DNA from: a virus
Lineage: Duplodnaviria; Caudoviricetes
IMG/VR virus record: IMGVR_UViG_3300009149_000038
Span: 1-56,489 of that record
Reading direction: 5' to 3' (one strand)
DNA length: 56,489 nt
Shown piece after piece: positions 55,648 to 56,489 of this stretch. Made by a program: the position numbers and the translations under genes. The first letter of the stretch is position 1. Each line of letters opens with the position of its first letter. The notes beneath the pieces were generated by a model. The model was given only the letters and a program-made list of their open reading frames with translations. It made no database searches and had not been told where the DNA came from.

Positions 55648-56489
55648 ATGGCTATATTTATTGTCGATCAATTTTCTCTAAATACGGATTTACCCCTGGA
55701 TATAAGATATGTCCCAGATGGAGGTTCGTATAATGACGTATCAGCATATTGGTACCCTGGTATGCAGGTTTATCAAACTTCAGACCAAACCATTTGGTAT
55801 GCAGATAACAGCTTAAACTGGCATCCTATAAGTGAAGGCATCGATGCTTCGATAACAGCTTTATATCAAACGGTTATTGATTTATCAACTTATGTAACAA
55901 ATATAACTAATATTTTGGATGCATCGGTTGGGGATCTTTATGATATTACAAATATTCTGGATGCTTCCATAGGGGCAATAGATCTATCATTAAATGATTA
56001 TGGTCAATTATTAGCCATTCATGATATTTCAATAGGAGATCTTTATAATATTACTGGTTCATTAGATGCATCTATTGTTAATTTAGACTCATCAGTAGGA
56101 TCGTTGGATGGACTTATACAAACGAACATTTCAGATATAACTAATTTGGAATCTTCGGTAGGATCTTTAGATGGTTTAATTCAAACCAATATAACTGATA
56201 TAACCAATATCGAGTCCTCTGTAGGAACCTTGGATTTGCTTACACAAATACATGATATTTCGATAGGAAACCTTGAATCATCGGTCGGAACTCTTAACGG
56301 TCTTATCCAGACTAATATAACTGATATAACAAACGTTGAGTCTTCTCTAGGTACTTTAGATGGTTTAATCCAGACCAATACAGAAGACATTACCAATATT
56401 GAGTCCTCACTGGGTCTATTTGTTGCAAAAGCCGGTGATACAATGACGGGTCCTCTTACTATTTCCGCTGGGGGCTTACAAGTTTCCAA
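55648..56489 (+). CDS. Tail-fibre-like protein, N-terminal part (runs off the window; not in the ORF track)
   Basis: Open frame MAIFIVDQFSLNTDLPLDIRY...YPGMQVY with 21-aa coiled-coil repeats, then the fibre motif VAKAGDTMTGPL. Confidence 0.8.
   Translation, partial: MAIFIVDQFSLNTDLPLDIRYVPDGGSYNDVSAYWYPGMQVYQTSDQTIWYADNSLNWHPISEGIDASITALYQTVIDLSTYVTNITNILDASVGDLYDITNILDASIGAIDLSLNDYGQLLAIHDISIGDLYNITGSLDASIVNLDSSVGSLDGLIQTNISDITNLESSVGSLDGLIQTNITDITNIESSVGTLDLLTQIHDISIGNLESSVGTLNGLIQTNITDITNVESSLGTLDGLIQTNTEDITNIESSLGLFVAKAGDTMTGPLTISAGGLQVS
56080..56415 (+). repeat. Imperfect 63-bp (21-aa) repeats NLESSVGSLDGLIQTNITDIT, ~5 copies
   Basis: Translated directly. The repeats show synonymous divergence. 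Confidence 0.9.

Noticed and set aside
56181-56489. Minus-strand 102-aa ORF in the track
   Set aside because: It is the antisense shadow of the repeat region of the plus-strand fibre gene starting at 55648.
1-56489. Alternative genetic code (stop-codon reassignment)
   Set aside because: Conserved genes are full length under the standard bacterial code, and TAA, TAG and TGA all occur as sensible gene ends.
1-56489. Cellular chromosome or eukaryotic giant virus origin
   Set aside because: T4-like portal, gp4, gp55, gp15, gp41 and gp46/47 genes together with bacterial-type sigma, lipoproteins and tmRNA indicate a tailed bacteriophage.

Overview
This AT-rich, densely coding 56.5-kb segment comes from a large T4-like (jumbo-type) tailed bacteriophage. 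The host is probably Bacteroidota, inferred from TTG-N18-TATATT(G/A)G promoters, an acidic-export-signal lipoprotein, a small outer-membrane beta-barrel and D-S/T-x sequons in envelope proteins. Plus-strand virion/tail genes sit at both ends and flank a ~47-kb mostly minus-strand block. That block carries head-assembly genes (portal, gp2-like, gp4-like, scaffold-like, gp15-like), two phage sigma factors (ECF-type and gp55-type) and replication/recombination genes (gp41-like helicase, UvsX, gp46/47, clamp, C-terminal half of a split family-B polymerase, both type II topoisomerase subunits, DinG). It also carries nucleotide enzymes, three free-standing homing endonucleases and many small accessory genes, followed by a plus-strand RNA ligase/phosphatase/HD operon. 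The most notable observations are: (1) a compact, circularly permuted two-piece tmRNA gene at 8303-8720; (2) strong D-x-S enrichment in virion fibre/structural proteins, a candidate modification sequon; (3) a repeated NFERGxDPxxxMGxG tag following putative prohead-protease sites in late proteins; (4) three promoter classes, including composite elements whose -35 lies in the loop of a terminator-like hairpin; (5) a frameshifted prohead-protease paralogue with altered catalytic motifs; (6) an unexplained structured non-coding element after the RNA-repair operon. All product calls come from visual motif recognition, not database searches.
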